From Octopus sinensis (lineage: Eukaryota): 64,000 nt of DNA. Every line of letters begins with the position of its first letter. Position 1 is the first letter of the stretch. Positions 27,915 to 39,908 of the stretch are shown piece after piece. The position numbers and the translations under genes were made by a program. The notes under the pieces are model-generated. The model was not told the DNA's origin and did no database searches. It was given only the letters and a program-made list of their open reading frames with translations. The stretch is taken from contig NC_042998.1 of assembly GCF_006345805.1 (NCBI RefSeq), positions 107,942,001-108,006,000 of the forward strand, in the 5' to 3' direction.

Positions 27915-29440
27915 ATTACTTCAATAATGGATAACAATGACTTTAAAATCATGACTGGTGACTTGAATTGTACAGCAACCTGATAGATTCCAGAGCATAT
28001 ATGGAGTTAACAGATTTGGTTCTAGAAATGGGAAGTGAACAAGGCTGATGGGGTTCTGTTATGTAAATGATTTGTTTATCTGTACCACTAACTTGAAGAA
28101 ACCAGTCAGCCATCCGCACACCTATCAATCTGGTGGGTACACAAGCCAGATTGACTATATTCTCACTAGAAAATGAAATAGACAGATGCCTATGAATTCT
28201 AAGTTTTCTGGTAAAGAATGCACAATCCAATGTAGATTAGTGGTTAGTGACTTCAGGATGAGAAGTAGAAGGACTTAGAGACACAAAGCAGTCTGGAAAA
28301 GGAAGATATGGAAGGTTAAAATTCAATAAATAATAAAAAAAAATGTAGAGATGATCTAGAGGATAACTGGAAGTTTCTATGGGACAGTCTGCTTAAAGCC
28401 ACAAACCAGATCTGTGGCTGGTGCAAAGTTCTACCAGACCAAAGGTAAAGTAATGGGGGAAGAGCTATCAAAGCAAAAAGATAGGCTTGGAAAGACTGGA
28501 CAAATGGAGGTAGCAGAGAATTATACTAGTAGCTAGAAGAGAAGCTAGGCAACAGATTTACATAGCAAAGGGAGAATCAGAAAGAAAGTAAGAGGGTTGC
28601 TAATGTTCTACAACATGAGGAACAGAGGCATGAGGTGATATGGATTGCAAGACTGTGTGTCAGAGAAAAACGAGATGCAGGTGAGAAATGTGTGTACAGT
28701 TGGATAATGGTACACTTGCACTTGCTGATTCTGGAAAAAAAAAAAAAAAGCGAGAGGTATGGAAATGTTACAATGGAAAGTTACTAAAAGTGGAGAATGC
28801 ACGAGTGAAAGTGGATCCAACAGATAGAGGCCGGCTATCCTTGTTGACAGCAATATGATAGATAAAATGATTAAAGATATGAAGGCAGAGAAAGCTCTTG
28901 GCACATTAGGAACCACTGCTGAAATGCTTAAGATAATTGACAGAGTAGGTTATGACTTAGTCTCCAATATAATTAATCAGGTTGTACAGGAAGTTATCAT
29001 CTCCAATGACTAGTATAGCAGCATTATAATCAACTATACTAAGATACAGGAGATTACGGAGTAGCAAATTGCCAGACCACATTATATGAGTTACAGAAAG
29101 AGATATAGCTCAATCAGTTAAATAGAGGGAGAGTTAGACAACATGAAACGCAGTTCAGTTTTGTGCCATGAAAAGCACTATGGACTTGAGATGAAGCAAC
29201 TGCAGGAAAAATGTTTAGCTAAAAGTAAACTGTTGTACTTTGCATTTGTTGACCTGGAGAAAGCATTTGACAAGATCTATTTTTCTGTAATCTGGTGGTC
29301 ATTGAGGAAGCTAGTTGTAGATCAATCACTCATGAAAGCCATACAAACCATGTACAGAAGAGGTGATATCCTCAAAGCAAGAGTTAATGATTACAAATAC
29401 AAACTTAATGAGCAGGCAGGAGTTTATCAGGGTTCAATTC
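27915..29440 (+). mobile_element. Decayed RTE LINE internal fragment (endonuclease to RT)
   Basis: SQIDYIL-like endonuclease motif, then LYFAFVDLEKAFDK and GVYQGS. Confidence 0.8.
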
Positions 29441-29559
29441 TATTTTTAATGTGTTCCTAATTTCTTTTTCTAATTCTGCAATGGATTTTGCTATAAGAAT
29501 GAAGCCATCAATATCCCAAGGGCAACTGGCATGTTTCTGTTATGGTCTAGAGGACTATG

Positions 29560-30212
29560 ATGAATAGGAGGGGACTTGCAACTGAGTCCTGGTGAACTCC
29601 TACTTGTATGCTGAAAGTGTTGTTGTACTCATTCCTAATTCTACCTTATTAACTGTGTCCCAATGCAAAGCTTGCATGGCTCTCACAAACCATTTGGCTA
29701 TCCCTAGCTTCTTCAGAGACCAACAGATCACAGAGTGAGGGACCCTGTCATAGGCTTTCTCCAAGTTGATGAATCTCAATTACAATGGCTTACTTTTAGC
29801 TTAATGCTTCTGAAGTTGCATTACTAGAAAGAGAACATTAGTAGTGCTTTTCCCCAGTACAAATATCACATGCATTTTAGCTAGACTAATTCCCTCCCCA
29901 ATCAATTGGCCATTAACTCTTTCTGTAACTTTCATGACCTAGTCTAGCAATTGACTATAATGCTGCTATGCCAATTGTTGGATGTGAATCTTCCCTTGGC
30001 TATGTAACCTGATGCCTAGTTTGTCTCCTAGCTCCTGGTAATTCACTGCTGCCCCTATTTTCTCAGTCTTTCCAAGCCTATCTTTTCACTTTTAAGGCTT
30101 AGTCTGCCTGACTATTCCACCAGTATGTCACCCTTGGTCTGGCCAGAACTTTGCTCCAGCCACAAATTTGGTCTGTGTTCCACAAAAGGTTGTCCTGTAG
30201 GAACTACCAGTT
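29560..30212 (-). mobile_element. Decayed RTE LINE fragment, inverted relative to its neighbour
   Basis: Minus strand NLEKAYDRVPHSVI and VGVHQDS motifs; same region as 28380-29440. Confidence 0.75.
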
Positions 30213-30540
30213 GTGTCCCGCCCCACAAACCAATACTGCATTCAGTCACCATTCTTAAACACATGAGAGTTTGCAGCCTTATCTAATGACAGAAAGGTTA
30301 AAGACTAAATTGTATTATGATGGAGTAGCTAAATATTTGTTCCCACTAAAAGTGATGAAACAACAACTAGCTACTATGAGTGGATACCCATACAAAGCAA
30401 CTAAAACTGTAAGTAAATTGTGAGTGATAACCAAAAGAGTTTTCAAGGAAACACAAAACACCTCCACAAGTTGGCAGATGCAGAAGTACTTCTCCCCAGT
30501 GTCTCAGACTTAGCAGGTAGCAATGAGTATTTCAAAGGTC

Positions 30541-30782
30541 TTAATACTATCCATACAACTGATGCATATAAGTGTCTCTTATCTATAAATATGAAATCCC
30601 ATTGGCACATAACATGCATTGCTCACAGACAGCTGTAAAATCACAGAGATGCTTATATGTGCTCTACTCACAATGTTGTGAACTCCCAGAGATGTTTATA
30701 TGTGTCTTTTCACCATCCCTGTGGGATTTTATAGCTATAGATAAGAGATGCTTATGTGTATTTGTAGTATGGAAAGTGTTAG
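30541..30782. mobile_element. Foldback MITE with ~58-bp TIRs and TTAA-like flanks
   Basis: 30543-30601 is the imperfect reverse complement of 30722-30780; internal copies of AGAGATGYTTATATGTG. Confidence 0.6.
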
Positions 30783-31264
30783 TCTTGGTAATAATGCAGC
30801 ATAAACAAATGAGTAAAATAAAAGCAATGGAAGAATTACTAAGTCAATAAACACTAATTGACCTGTTACTGAAACAATCACATACAGTTGGAGAATTAAT
30901 CATAAACTATCTTACCTAAAAACAAATAATGTTAGATGTTTAAAATTTGTTATGAATGGCTTGGCTATCTTGTTTACATTATCATATATTTAAAGTTCAG
31001 AGATGCTATGGGATAACTTAGCTAAATACAATATGCAATACAGAATACGCTCACAAAAACAGAGATTTAATGGGATTTATCTTTTTTTACATATGTTATA
31101 TAATATGCATGTGCTATAGAGTGTATCAATAAAATATGCCTCCTGCTTTTCCTCATAGTATAGACGGATATGTATGCTGCTTAATTTATATTTGTGAACT
31201 ACAATAGACATGGTGCATGAATGTGTGAGTAAATATTTATGAATAACTGAAGTGTTTTACTTAC

Positions 31265-31432
31265 TTTCTGATTTGCTTTCTGAATACTGTTGAGAACTGA
31301 TGACACTTGTTCATTAATTAATAAAGTTAAATCAAACCAAGAGAAGTCAGCAATAATTCTTTCTTTTGGGTATGGAAGTGGTCGATCAGCCAGCAGTCGT
31401 TGATAGACACTGTGTAGATATGCCAAATTTTC
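31265..31432 (-). CDS. CCDC171: CCDC171-like exon (phase 0/0)
   Basis: Acceptor ttctcaag|GAA and donor AAA|gtaagt. Translates ENLAYLHSVYQRLLADRP...ADFSWFDLTLLINEQVSSVLNSIQKANQK, matching the recalled CCDC171 motif LYQHLVAG...FSWSEL...LNRANEK. Confidence 0.88.
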
Positions 31433-32465
31433 CTTGAGAATATAGAGAAGAAAAGCTAAACATACTGGATAAAAAAAAAATACCTGTTTGTTTGTCTCTC
31501 TTTCATGCATGCACATACACACACACATTACATGAAATTTTGCTTTTTAGTGACACATTTATGTAAGTGGTGGGACAAACAGGAAATAGAATAGGCCTGG
31601 CTATATAAAATGGATGAAAGATAAAGTTGACCATGGTGGAAATTGAACACAAAAACTTAAACTCTGCAGTACCATAGTAGACCATATATTAGACCAGCCC
31701 TCTGCTATCACCACATCAACATTGATAATAATAATGTCAATGGTAAACATTATCTGACAACATGTTGCAAACACACAGATTTGTCCTTTGTACTTCTCAA
31801 CATACCATATTTTCAATCTACTGTGAGATATCTTTCCAAATTGTTGCAGGACATTTTTGAAGTTTGCTGTACATGTTTATTTTCAGAGCCAGCCTAAGGA
31901 AATAAGACAGTGCACATGATCTTTGCATGTCTTCTCTCTCAGTCTGTAAGGGAATGACTAGGAGGGGAGAACCGGGATTGGGAATGTGCTTAATATGGGA
32001 TGTGGAGATGAAACACTGTAAGGCTGATTAGAGGAGGAAATATGAAGGAGAGGAGAGGGTGGGCCTAAGTGGATGGAGTAGACAAGTAGCTAAATTGGAT
32101 GAGAAGGGGGCCATAGCTGTAGGGCTAGAATAGGCAAAGAGGTGGAATACTGCATCTGTGGGCTAGTGGTTGTAGTATATTGGTGGTTAGTGAAAGGAAT
32201 ATTATCTTTTCAGGCCCTCCAAAATTGGGGAAACTGATGCAGTGGTGCTTCAGTTTGAACATGTATCTGCAGGAAAGATATGGGTGGGGAGAAAATCCTA
32301 GAGGGATGTTGACATTCTGGGGTGGAAGAATTAGGTATAGTAGTTGAGATGTTGGCAAGGCAGAAAGTGAGAGAGTATAAATCATGGGAGGGAGAAGGAC
32401 AGGTGTGTTGGGTGTACATAAATGGATGTTATATAACTAGTTAGTTTAAAAGAGCAGCCATTGCG

Positions 32466-33726
32466 TTGGGTCATCCAATAAATAATGCATTTTTTTGTAC
32501 TTCTTTTATTTTTCAAAATTAAGTTAAAGTTCTTTTTTAATCCAAAATATACTCTCCTTTATTTTCTACAATATTCTTCCATCTATCTGGTAGACTTGCA
32601 AGACCCCTCTTCCAAAATTCACTTGTCTGTGATGAAAAATACTCCTCCAGTATTGTTCTGACCTTCAGAGTTCATATTTTTGTGTACAAATGATTTTTGA
32701 AGACTGCAGAATAAATGATAATCACATGGGGCAATGTCTGGTGAATATGGTGGGTGGAGCATCGTTTCCCATTCAAACTGCTGTAGCCTTTGGAATGTCA
32801 TCCATTCTGTATGTGACCAAGCATTATCCTGATGGAAGAACAACTTTCATTTTGAAAACAAAGATGGTCGTTTTTCTTCTAGTGCTGACTTAAGCTGCTC
32901 AAACTGCTTGCAGTAGATCTCCTTTGTTATCGTCTGGTTTGGATTTAAAAGTTCAAAGTGGACTAAACCTTTCACATCCCACCAAACAGGTAACAACACC
33001 TTATGTGGGTGAAGACATTTAGTCTAAGGTGCTGGTTTCTCCTTTCCCTACCCACTGTCTTTGGTGCTTGACATTTTTATAGAGAACCCATTTCTCATCA
33101 CCAGCCACTATTTGGTCCAAAAAAGGTTCATTCACAAGATGTGACAGCAGAAAAGAGCACACATTCACTCTCTGGGTGCAATTAGGCTTGGAAAGTTTGT
33201 GAAGAACCCATTGTCACAATTTGCTGACTTTTCCAATGGCATGCAGGTGTTGATGAATGGTTGAATGACCAAATCCAAGTTACTTTGCTAGTTCCTCAAT
33301 AGTTACAATGGAATTCTGTTCCACCAGGGTTTGCAGGATGCCCTTGTCAAGCTCTACAAATCTTCCAGGATGAAGCTTGTCTTCTCAGCTATAGTTTCCG
33401 GCTTGGAATTTCTGGAACCGCTGTTGACACTGGCTTACGCTTATTGTCCGATCCCCATATACTGCATTAATATTTCTCACACTTTTCGTAGCATTGTTGC
33501 TTTTATTGAACTCATAAAGCAAAATATACTGAATATGCTCCTTTATCATGTCCATTATAGCTGTGAAAAAATAATTGTTGAAATCCAACTGCACTCTTCA
33601 AAACTTGTACTAAAGATAAGTACAAGGTAAAATTATTACCTGCTTTTATGGCAAGATGATGCAGGTAGTTTATCCCGTTCCCCTCTGACTTTTAGTTCAG
33701 GCAACTGAAAAAATTGGATGGCCCAA
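32466..33726 (-). mobile_element. Decayed full-length mariner (DD34D) transposon
   Basis: N-terminus KEHIQYILLYEFNKSNNATKSVRNINAVYG, HQDNA and HPPYSPDIAPCDYHLF. TIR ends TTGGGTCATCCA / TGGATGGCCCAA. Confidence 0.9.
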
Positions 33727-33829
33727 TAGTAGTGATAGGAAAAACAAAATAAGGAGACGGTACATTTGTGGATCAAAGGAAATAGTGTGCATATTGCTTC
33801 AGTGCATCAATCTGATACAAAGCTAGCCT

Positions 33830-34285
33830 GCTTGTGATTTTACTACACCTCTTATGTGTCCATACCTTATTCTGGGCATAGCATATGGAATTCCTACCTA
33901 CTCCTTTTTCACATATCAAGCAAGGGCATTTACTGGGGTCCTGTCTTCTTTCCTATGTACTCACTCCTCAAGCCTTTGCTAAGTTCATCATGCAGTCTCT
34001 TGATTCCAGGTTAGGTTCCAAGCCTGAATTTCTTCTCTAATTTTGTTATAAGCCGATCCATAAGAACCAGATCATCAGCAAATAGACAAATGGTTTTAAA
34101 CTTTTCTGTGATGGCCTGAAAGACTATGCTGTAAAGGAGGGTGGGTGATGGCAGCCTTGATGGACCCCAAAATTTGTTGCTAAGCTTGTTCATTCACATT
34201 TTACTAACTTCACTTATGGACATAACTTGAACAGCTATCAAAAGTCATTCATATATATAGTTTCCTTATTGACCACCAAATACTC
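33830..34285 (-). mobile_element. Decayed RTE LINE RT fragment
   Basis: FQAITEKFKTICLFADDLVL matches the RTE RT core seen at 19701-20093. Confidence 0.7.
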
Positions 34286-35318
34286 TATTACTGGCTAATG
34301 TGATTGGCTATTTGGGGAAGGAAAAAGAGAAATTGTGATAAAAGTTTAGTGAGGATTCTAATCTAGAATAGAAAATGGACTTTGTAAGGATGCATATCTA
34401 CTCTATGGAGCAACCTTACAGAAATTAAATAAGTAGTTATCAACAAACTTTTCTTCTTTCTTCCAGGATAACAAGCGACAACTATTCTTCTCGTGGTATT
34501 GGGTACAATTTCATTACCATACAACCAACAGTATATATATGTACATATATACATGTATGCTAAATGATGATGATATCTGTCTACCTTTACCTTTTATCTT
34601 ATACTTGTTTCAGTCACTTGACTGCAGCCATGCTGGGGCACTAGCTTGAAGAATTTTTAGAAGAACAAATCAACCTCAGCACTTATTTTTTTAAGCCTGG
34701 TACTCATTCTATTGGTCTCTTTTGCCAAACTGTTAAGTTATGAAGACATTAACTCCAGTTGATGGTGGTGGTGGTGGTGGGGGACAAACAAAGACACACA
34801 CACATATACATACACACAAGACTTTGGTTGGTCCAAGGTAAGAAGACACTTCCCAAGGTGCCAGGCAATCTAGAACCATGTGGTTGGGAAACAAACTTCT
34901 TACCACACAGCCACACATGCATCTATATATATATGCCATGTATTGCTGTAAGCATATTTGACATAGTTAATAACTGTTTCTGTAAGCCTGCAATTTTAGT
35001 GGTAGGGAGTTATTTGAATAATTTAACCCCAGTACTTGTCTAGTATTTCATTTTATTGACCTCTGCCCCCTTGAGGGATGAAAGGCAAAGCAGACATCAG
35101 TGAGATTTGAACTCAAAATATAAAGATCAGAAGAAATACCACAAGATATTTTATTTAATGCTCTAATGGTTCTGCCAATCCCAAGGGCTGGTTAATAGTA
35201 AAACTGAGTCACAAGTCTAGGAAAAAAAAAAAGTTTGCAACAGTGCTACTAATATTTCACAGGTTAAGTAAAAGAAAATCTAATTGAATTTATAAATTGA
35301 CACTATTTACCAACTTAC

Positions 35319-35357
35319 CTCCATTTCCTTCTTATGTTTCACTTTCAAGTTCATGAT
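35319..35357 (-). CDS. CCDC171: CCDC171-like 39-nt micro-exon (phase 0/0)
   Basis: Pyrimidine tract plus tataaag|ATC, and a consensus donor GAG|gtaagt. Translates IMNLKVKHKKEME, in frame with both neighbours. Confidence 0.68.
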
Positions 35358-35454
35358 CTTTATACAGAAAAGAAAAAATTGGAAATAATGAAAATAATAG
35401 CAATTAATTTATATAGAATAGTAACTTTTCTTTATTCCATTCTTTATCCTAGAC

Positions 35455-35619
35455 CAGTGATTCTCAAACTGTGGTCTGCAGACCCCCTGGTGTTCCACAA
35501 AGGTAGTACTGGGGGTCCATGAGCATGTTAAGCTGATAGATCTTTGAAAACCTGGGATTTGTGGGAAAATCCATTTAAACAAAAGGGGTCTTTGGTAGTG
35601 AAAAGGTTGGGAACCACTG
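35455..35619. mobile_element. hAT (Charlie-like) MITE with perfect 8-bp TSD
   Basis: TIRs CAGTGATTCTCAAAC / GTTGGGAACCACTG flanked on both sides by TCCTAGAC (35447-35454 and 35620-35627). Confidence 0.88.
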
Positions 35620-36106
35620 TCCTAGACCATTGGAAAATACTCAACCAAAGCCATCTTGGCACACTTGACTCTCCTTTTTGTATCACTTCTACTGTATCTT
35701 CATATGAGCTGATACTAATAATTTTCTCCTGAATAATTTTTCCTTAGAATGTCAACTGTCCCTAAATATGTTTTATAAGCAAGCATGGATTTAGAGATGT
35801 TTAAGTTAAACATCAATTGTATCATCCCCATGAGCACTTTCAGAGACCTTCAAATATTATGGGTAACAGTCACATGCATAACTAATCCATATCTCTTACC
35901 CAACCCTTCCTGAAACTGGAGATAACCACAGGCAGGAATGAATCCTGCAGTAGTTGGGACATAGTTAAATTGCACTGAGATCAGAAGTCCTTACATAGAA
36001 TTTTGGAAGCTATTAATTATTCATCAAAAGAGACAGGAGAAAAACAACCTAAAATAAATGGCCAGTAGAACAGGCCTGTGTGTGTGTATGTATCAATATA
36101 TATGAT

Positions 36107-36295
36107 GACATGATAGATCGTTAGCCACTACACACATTTTCTTCTCTTCTTGTTTCCTGTGTCCCTTTCTGTAGAAGAGCGTAGGCTCGAAACGTAAAAG
36201 ACTTATTCTATTCCTGAGCGTTATACTAATATATCTGTTTGTTTTGTACACCACTTGTCTACGTCTTTTGTTTTTTTCCGTAAACTCTCCCTATC
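36107..36295 (+). mobile_element. Penelope-type terminal repeat with hammerhead-like motif (copy 1)
   Basis: Homologous to 41558-41742 on the minus strand. Contains CTTT-CTGTAGA-A-GAGC-GTAG-GCTC-GAAAC-GTA-AAAG and is flanked by TA runs. Confidence 0.6.
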
Positions 36296-36348
36296 AATAT
36301 ATATCACAGACACCTTTCCAGCTAAGTTACTAATTATTCTTCAAATTA

Positions 36349-36871
36349 CAGGGTGGCATATAAAAATGGAGCCTGGGTTCTGTAGCATAGTGTAAAGACA
36401 AAAATAAATTTACATACACAAAACGCACCCAAGTGTTCTTGTGTCATTTTGACGGCTTGTAACTGCTAAACAAAGATGGCACACTAGTTGATGGTTTGCT
36501 ACATTATCCTCATCATTTAGTGAACAGTTCTAGCCTATTTTTGCAAGATAACATACTCAATTGTGGAAAGAGGGAAGATTGTGGAAGCATATGTAAGAAT
36601 GGGTTCTTTTCAGCAAACACATGAAATTTTTGAAGTCAAGTTTCTGGACAAAGTCTTGCTGCCAAAGAGAATGATACAAATGTTGGTTAAGAAGTGGCAT
36701 GCCATGGTGTCAGTGCACATCACCCCAAAACAAAAAGACCCTACAGTTATTCAGGGCATTCACCAAAGGATTACACAAAGTCCTGGTGCCTCACTGTCAC
36801 ATAAGCAGGACGTCATTCAACAGGTGTTGAAGAGTCTAAAGTTAAAGGCGTATCATTTCACTTGTGTATAG
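36349..36871 (+). mobile_element. 5' fragment of a Tc1/mariner-superfamily element
   Basis: TA-CAGGGTGGC terminus and an HTH-like N-terminus (ERGKIVEAY...FEVKF...LVKKW...LKLKAYH). Confidence 0.55.
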
Positions 36872-38227
36872 CATTTGTAAATTTATTTCGTATACTATGG
36901 AACACATGCTACATTTTTGTGCATAAGAAAAAGGGCCCTGTGAAAAACAAGACAAAACAATGGAAAAAATCTTCCTTTTAAATCGCACTTTGCTATCATA
37001 AATAGGAGAGAGATACTAGATAATGTAGTTCAAGACACAATTCAGAATAGTACATGAAGTCACTTTGATAATAAGGTCTACAGGGTTAGATATGAGATGA
37101 AGGCTAAACAACAACTATTAGATATATACTTGACAAGGGATCGTTAAACTGTCCCTAAATCATATTGTACTGTTTTAAAAAGAGGAATGTTATAGTAGAT
37201 GAGGTAGCACCAGATTAATTCTGTAAAACAAAAAAAAAAAAAAAAAAAAAAAAAAGGGAGTCATGGCTAGAACACATTTTAGAGACATGGGACTATACAA
37301 TAACCTTTTAGAGACATGGAACTACACAATAACAATTAAAGAAAAACAATTTTATTTTAAAACAACTATCATTCTCTATTTAGATAAGGGTAAGAACAAT
37401 TTTATAAATTTATTTATTTATATTAATTGCAGAAGAATATTATTCTAATAATGATGACGACGATTATGATCATCACCAAAATCACAACTCCCATTTAGCT
37501 ATCTATTTTACTGTTATCTATTCAATTCCTGTAACACATCTTTAAAAATATTTCCAACGGATGTTAATAGCAGTTTAAACAAAAAGTCTTCTGTTAATTT
37601 ATGCAAGAGAGAAAATTCTGCAAGTTGTCATCTTCCCCAAATATCAATCCTGTTATTATCTCCCTTTAACTGTTTACGCCTACTCCACATTGACTTGCGT
37701 AGTTGAACACCATTGCTTCTCCGCCCCCACCACATAAACCAAGGTGAATGGGAGAACTCACTCAAGTGACATCATAGAGTTGAGGCTATGATATAAAATC
37801 ACATGGAAGACTAAGTAGAGGATAGTTGTGAAAGACAGAGTGCCAGAATAATTTAATGTTTCTGAATATTTTCTATGAATGAATGTTTTAGCAAATTATA
37901 AATTTAGTTTCAAACAATTATAATTTCTGATATCATCAAACTCAACTTACATTCGCATTGCTCTTGTACAATAATACACAAGTTCAATTTAACCAAAGAG
38001 ATTTGTTTTCTTTTACTGGAAACATCAAAAAGTAGAAAGAGCTAACTAGAGATTGGAATTATTAGGATATGATTCCAGTATTAATTATGAATCAGTGTAA
38101 TCATAATTAAGAAATTATAGGAAGGTGATTAGCCGTCGCCGCCGCCACCGCCACCACCACTATCACTACCATTACGATTTTTACATTTGCTTTTTCCATG
38201 CTTATTTTTCCAACTGATACTTGTTAA

Positions 38228-38367
38228 CCCTTTAAGGTAGGGTGTGGCTTGGACAGGTGTTGACGGGTGTAAATAAGTCACATTTGCATTATAAGGTATT
38301 TAACTGATTATCATCTTGTATTTTCCCCGCTTTTTTTGTGTCCTGCACGAAAAGACTTGTTAAAGGA
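38228..38367. mobile_element. piggyBac-like TTAA MITE
   Basis: TTAA-CCCTTTAA ... TTAAAGGA-TTAA ends. Confidence 0.5.
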
Positions 38368-39395
38368 TTAAGGCCTTTCATATTGCCAGCTCCTTGTTTC
38401 AGAATAAGGTATTTATTCCCTTGGTTTTTTTGTAAGTTGAACATGCTTAATATAGAAGATGCAAACAATGACACTGCTTCTTAAGTGGTAATGTTTCACA
38501 CTAATCAAGGAAATAATGTCAAGACTAAAATGGGAAGAGATACCTCCCTATATATACCTCCCTCTCTCTCTCAGTATGTGTGTGTGTGTACAGGCATGGC
38601 TGTATGGTAAAAAGTTTGCCTTCCAACCACATGGTTCAAGGTTCAGTCCACGAACAAGATGAAAATGAGAAATGGCACCTTGGGCAAGTGTCTTATACTA
38701 TAACCCTGAGTTGACCAAAGCCTTGTCTGTGAACTTGGCAGATGGAAACTAAAAGAAGCCCATCGATTACACATATATGTATGTGTGTGTGTTACTGCCG
38801 CCTTGCTTTGACATCATGTGATAGTTGTAAACGAGTGTTACTATCACACAAGGTGTCCTTCATTGCTAATATTCTGTGAAAACATGTCTGGGAAATATTA
38901 CCTTACTTGGAAACAGGTGAGGGCTGGTTACAAATTCTGTCCAACCTATGTAAGCATGCAAAAGTGAACATTAAAACAATGATGATAATGATATAGCCTT
39001 GTAAGTGGTTTGGTAGACAGAGTCACCTATCTCTGTCCTTCTCTTATACTTCAACTTCTCAACCAACAGAAAGCTACCTCCCTTACTACCACTTCTACTC
39101 CCAGTTGAGGGTGTCTTTGTTTTGCAATTTACTTGGTGACCCTGCTGGTGCTGGCGTCCCGTAAAAAGTTCCAGTACTAGTGTCATGTAGAAAGCATCAG
39201 GACTGGTGCCACAGAAAAAGCATCCAATACACTCTGTAAAGTAATTGGCATTAAGGAGGGCATCCAGCTGTAGAAACCATGCCAAAGGGGATCATAAAAA
39301 AACAAAACCTACTCAAAGTGCCATACAGTGGACTGAACCTGAAACCAAGTGGTTGGGGAGTGAATTTCTTAAGCAAACAGCCACACACACACACA

Positions 39396-39865
39396 CAGTA
39401 ATGCCTCAATATACAAGTTAATTTGTTCCTGGAGACTGCTTGTAAAGCTAAAACTTGTAAAGCAGAGCAATAATTTCCCATAGTAGCAATGTTTCGCTCC
39501 CAGAAAAATATTTTACCTGTAAAATGTATAAAACTCATAAATATATGGCAATAAAACAACAGTAGAATGTAAAGAATGTTTTATGTAAAGTAAAAAAAAG
39601 TCAAGATCATTTATTATAAAAAATATTATAATCGTTTTCTGAATCACTTTGACTCACACTAGACTTGCGCACACCATCACTTGTAGATGAGATCATCGGT
39701 TCACAAGCACTCATAGACGGACTTGCAGAATTCTTTCTAAGAAACAAGTTAGAGCTCCTTACTTAGAAGATTTTTTTTGCTCTCAATAGATTTCTCAGTG
39801 ATATGCAGAAGCATTTGTTATGGTAGTAGAAACTTTTGCACTTAGTTCAAAATCTGGAGCTTGTG

Positions 39866-39868
<3 letters not shown>
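39396..39868 (+). mobile_element. pogo/Tigger-like non-autonomous remnant
   Basis: CAGTAATGCCTCAATATACAAGTTAATTTGTTCC terminus typical of Tigger-derived MITEs; right end unresolved. Confidence 0.45.

Positions 39869-39904
<36 letters not shown>

Positions 39905-39908
<4 letters not shown>

Noticed and set aside
30561-30762. Repeat-spacer pattern resembling a CRISPR array
   Set aside because: There are few degenerate repeats, irregular spacing, no cas genes and a eukaryotic context; a foldback MITE explains it.
38592-38660. tRNA-like A/B boxes
   Set aside because: These are SINE heads with no cloverleaf or anticodon arm.
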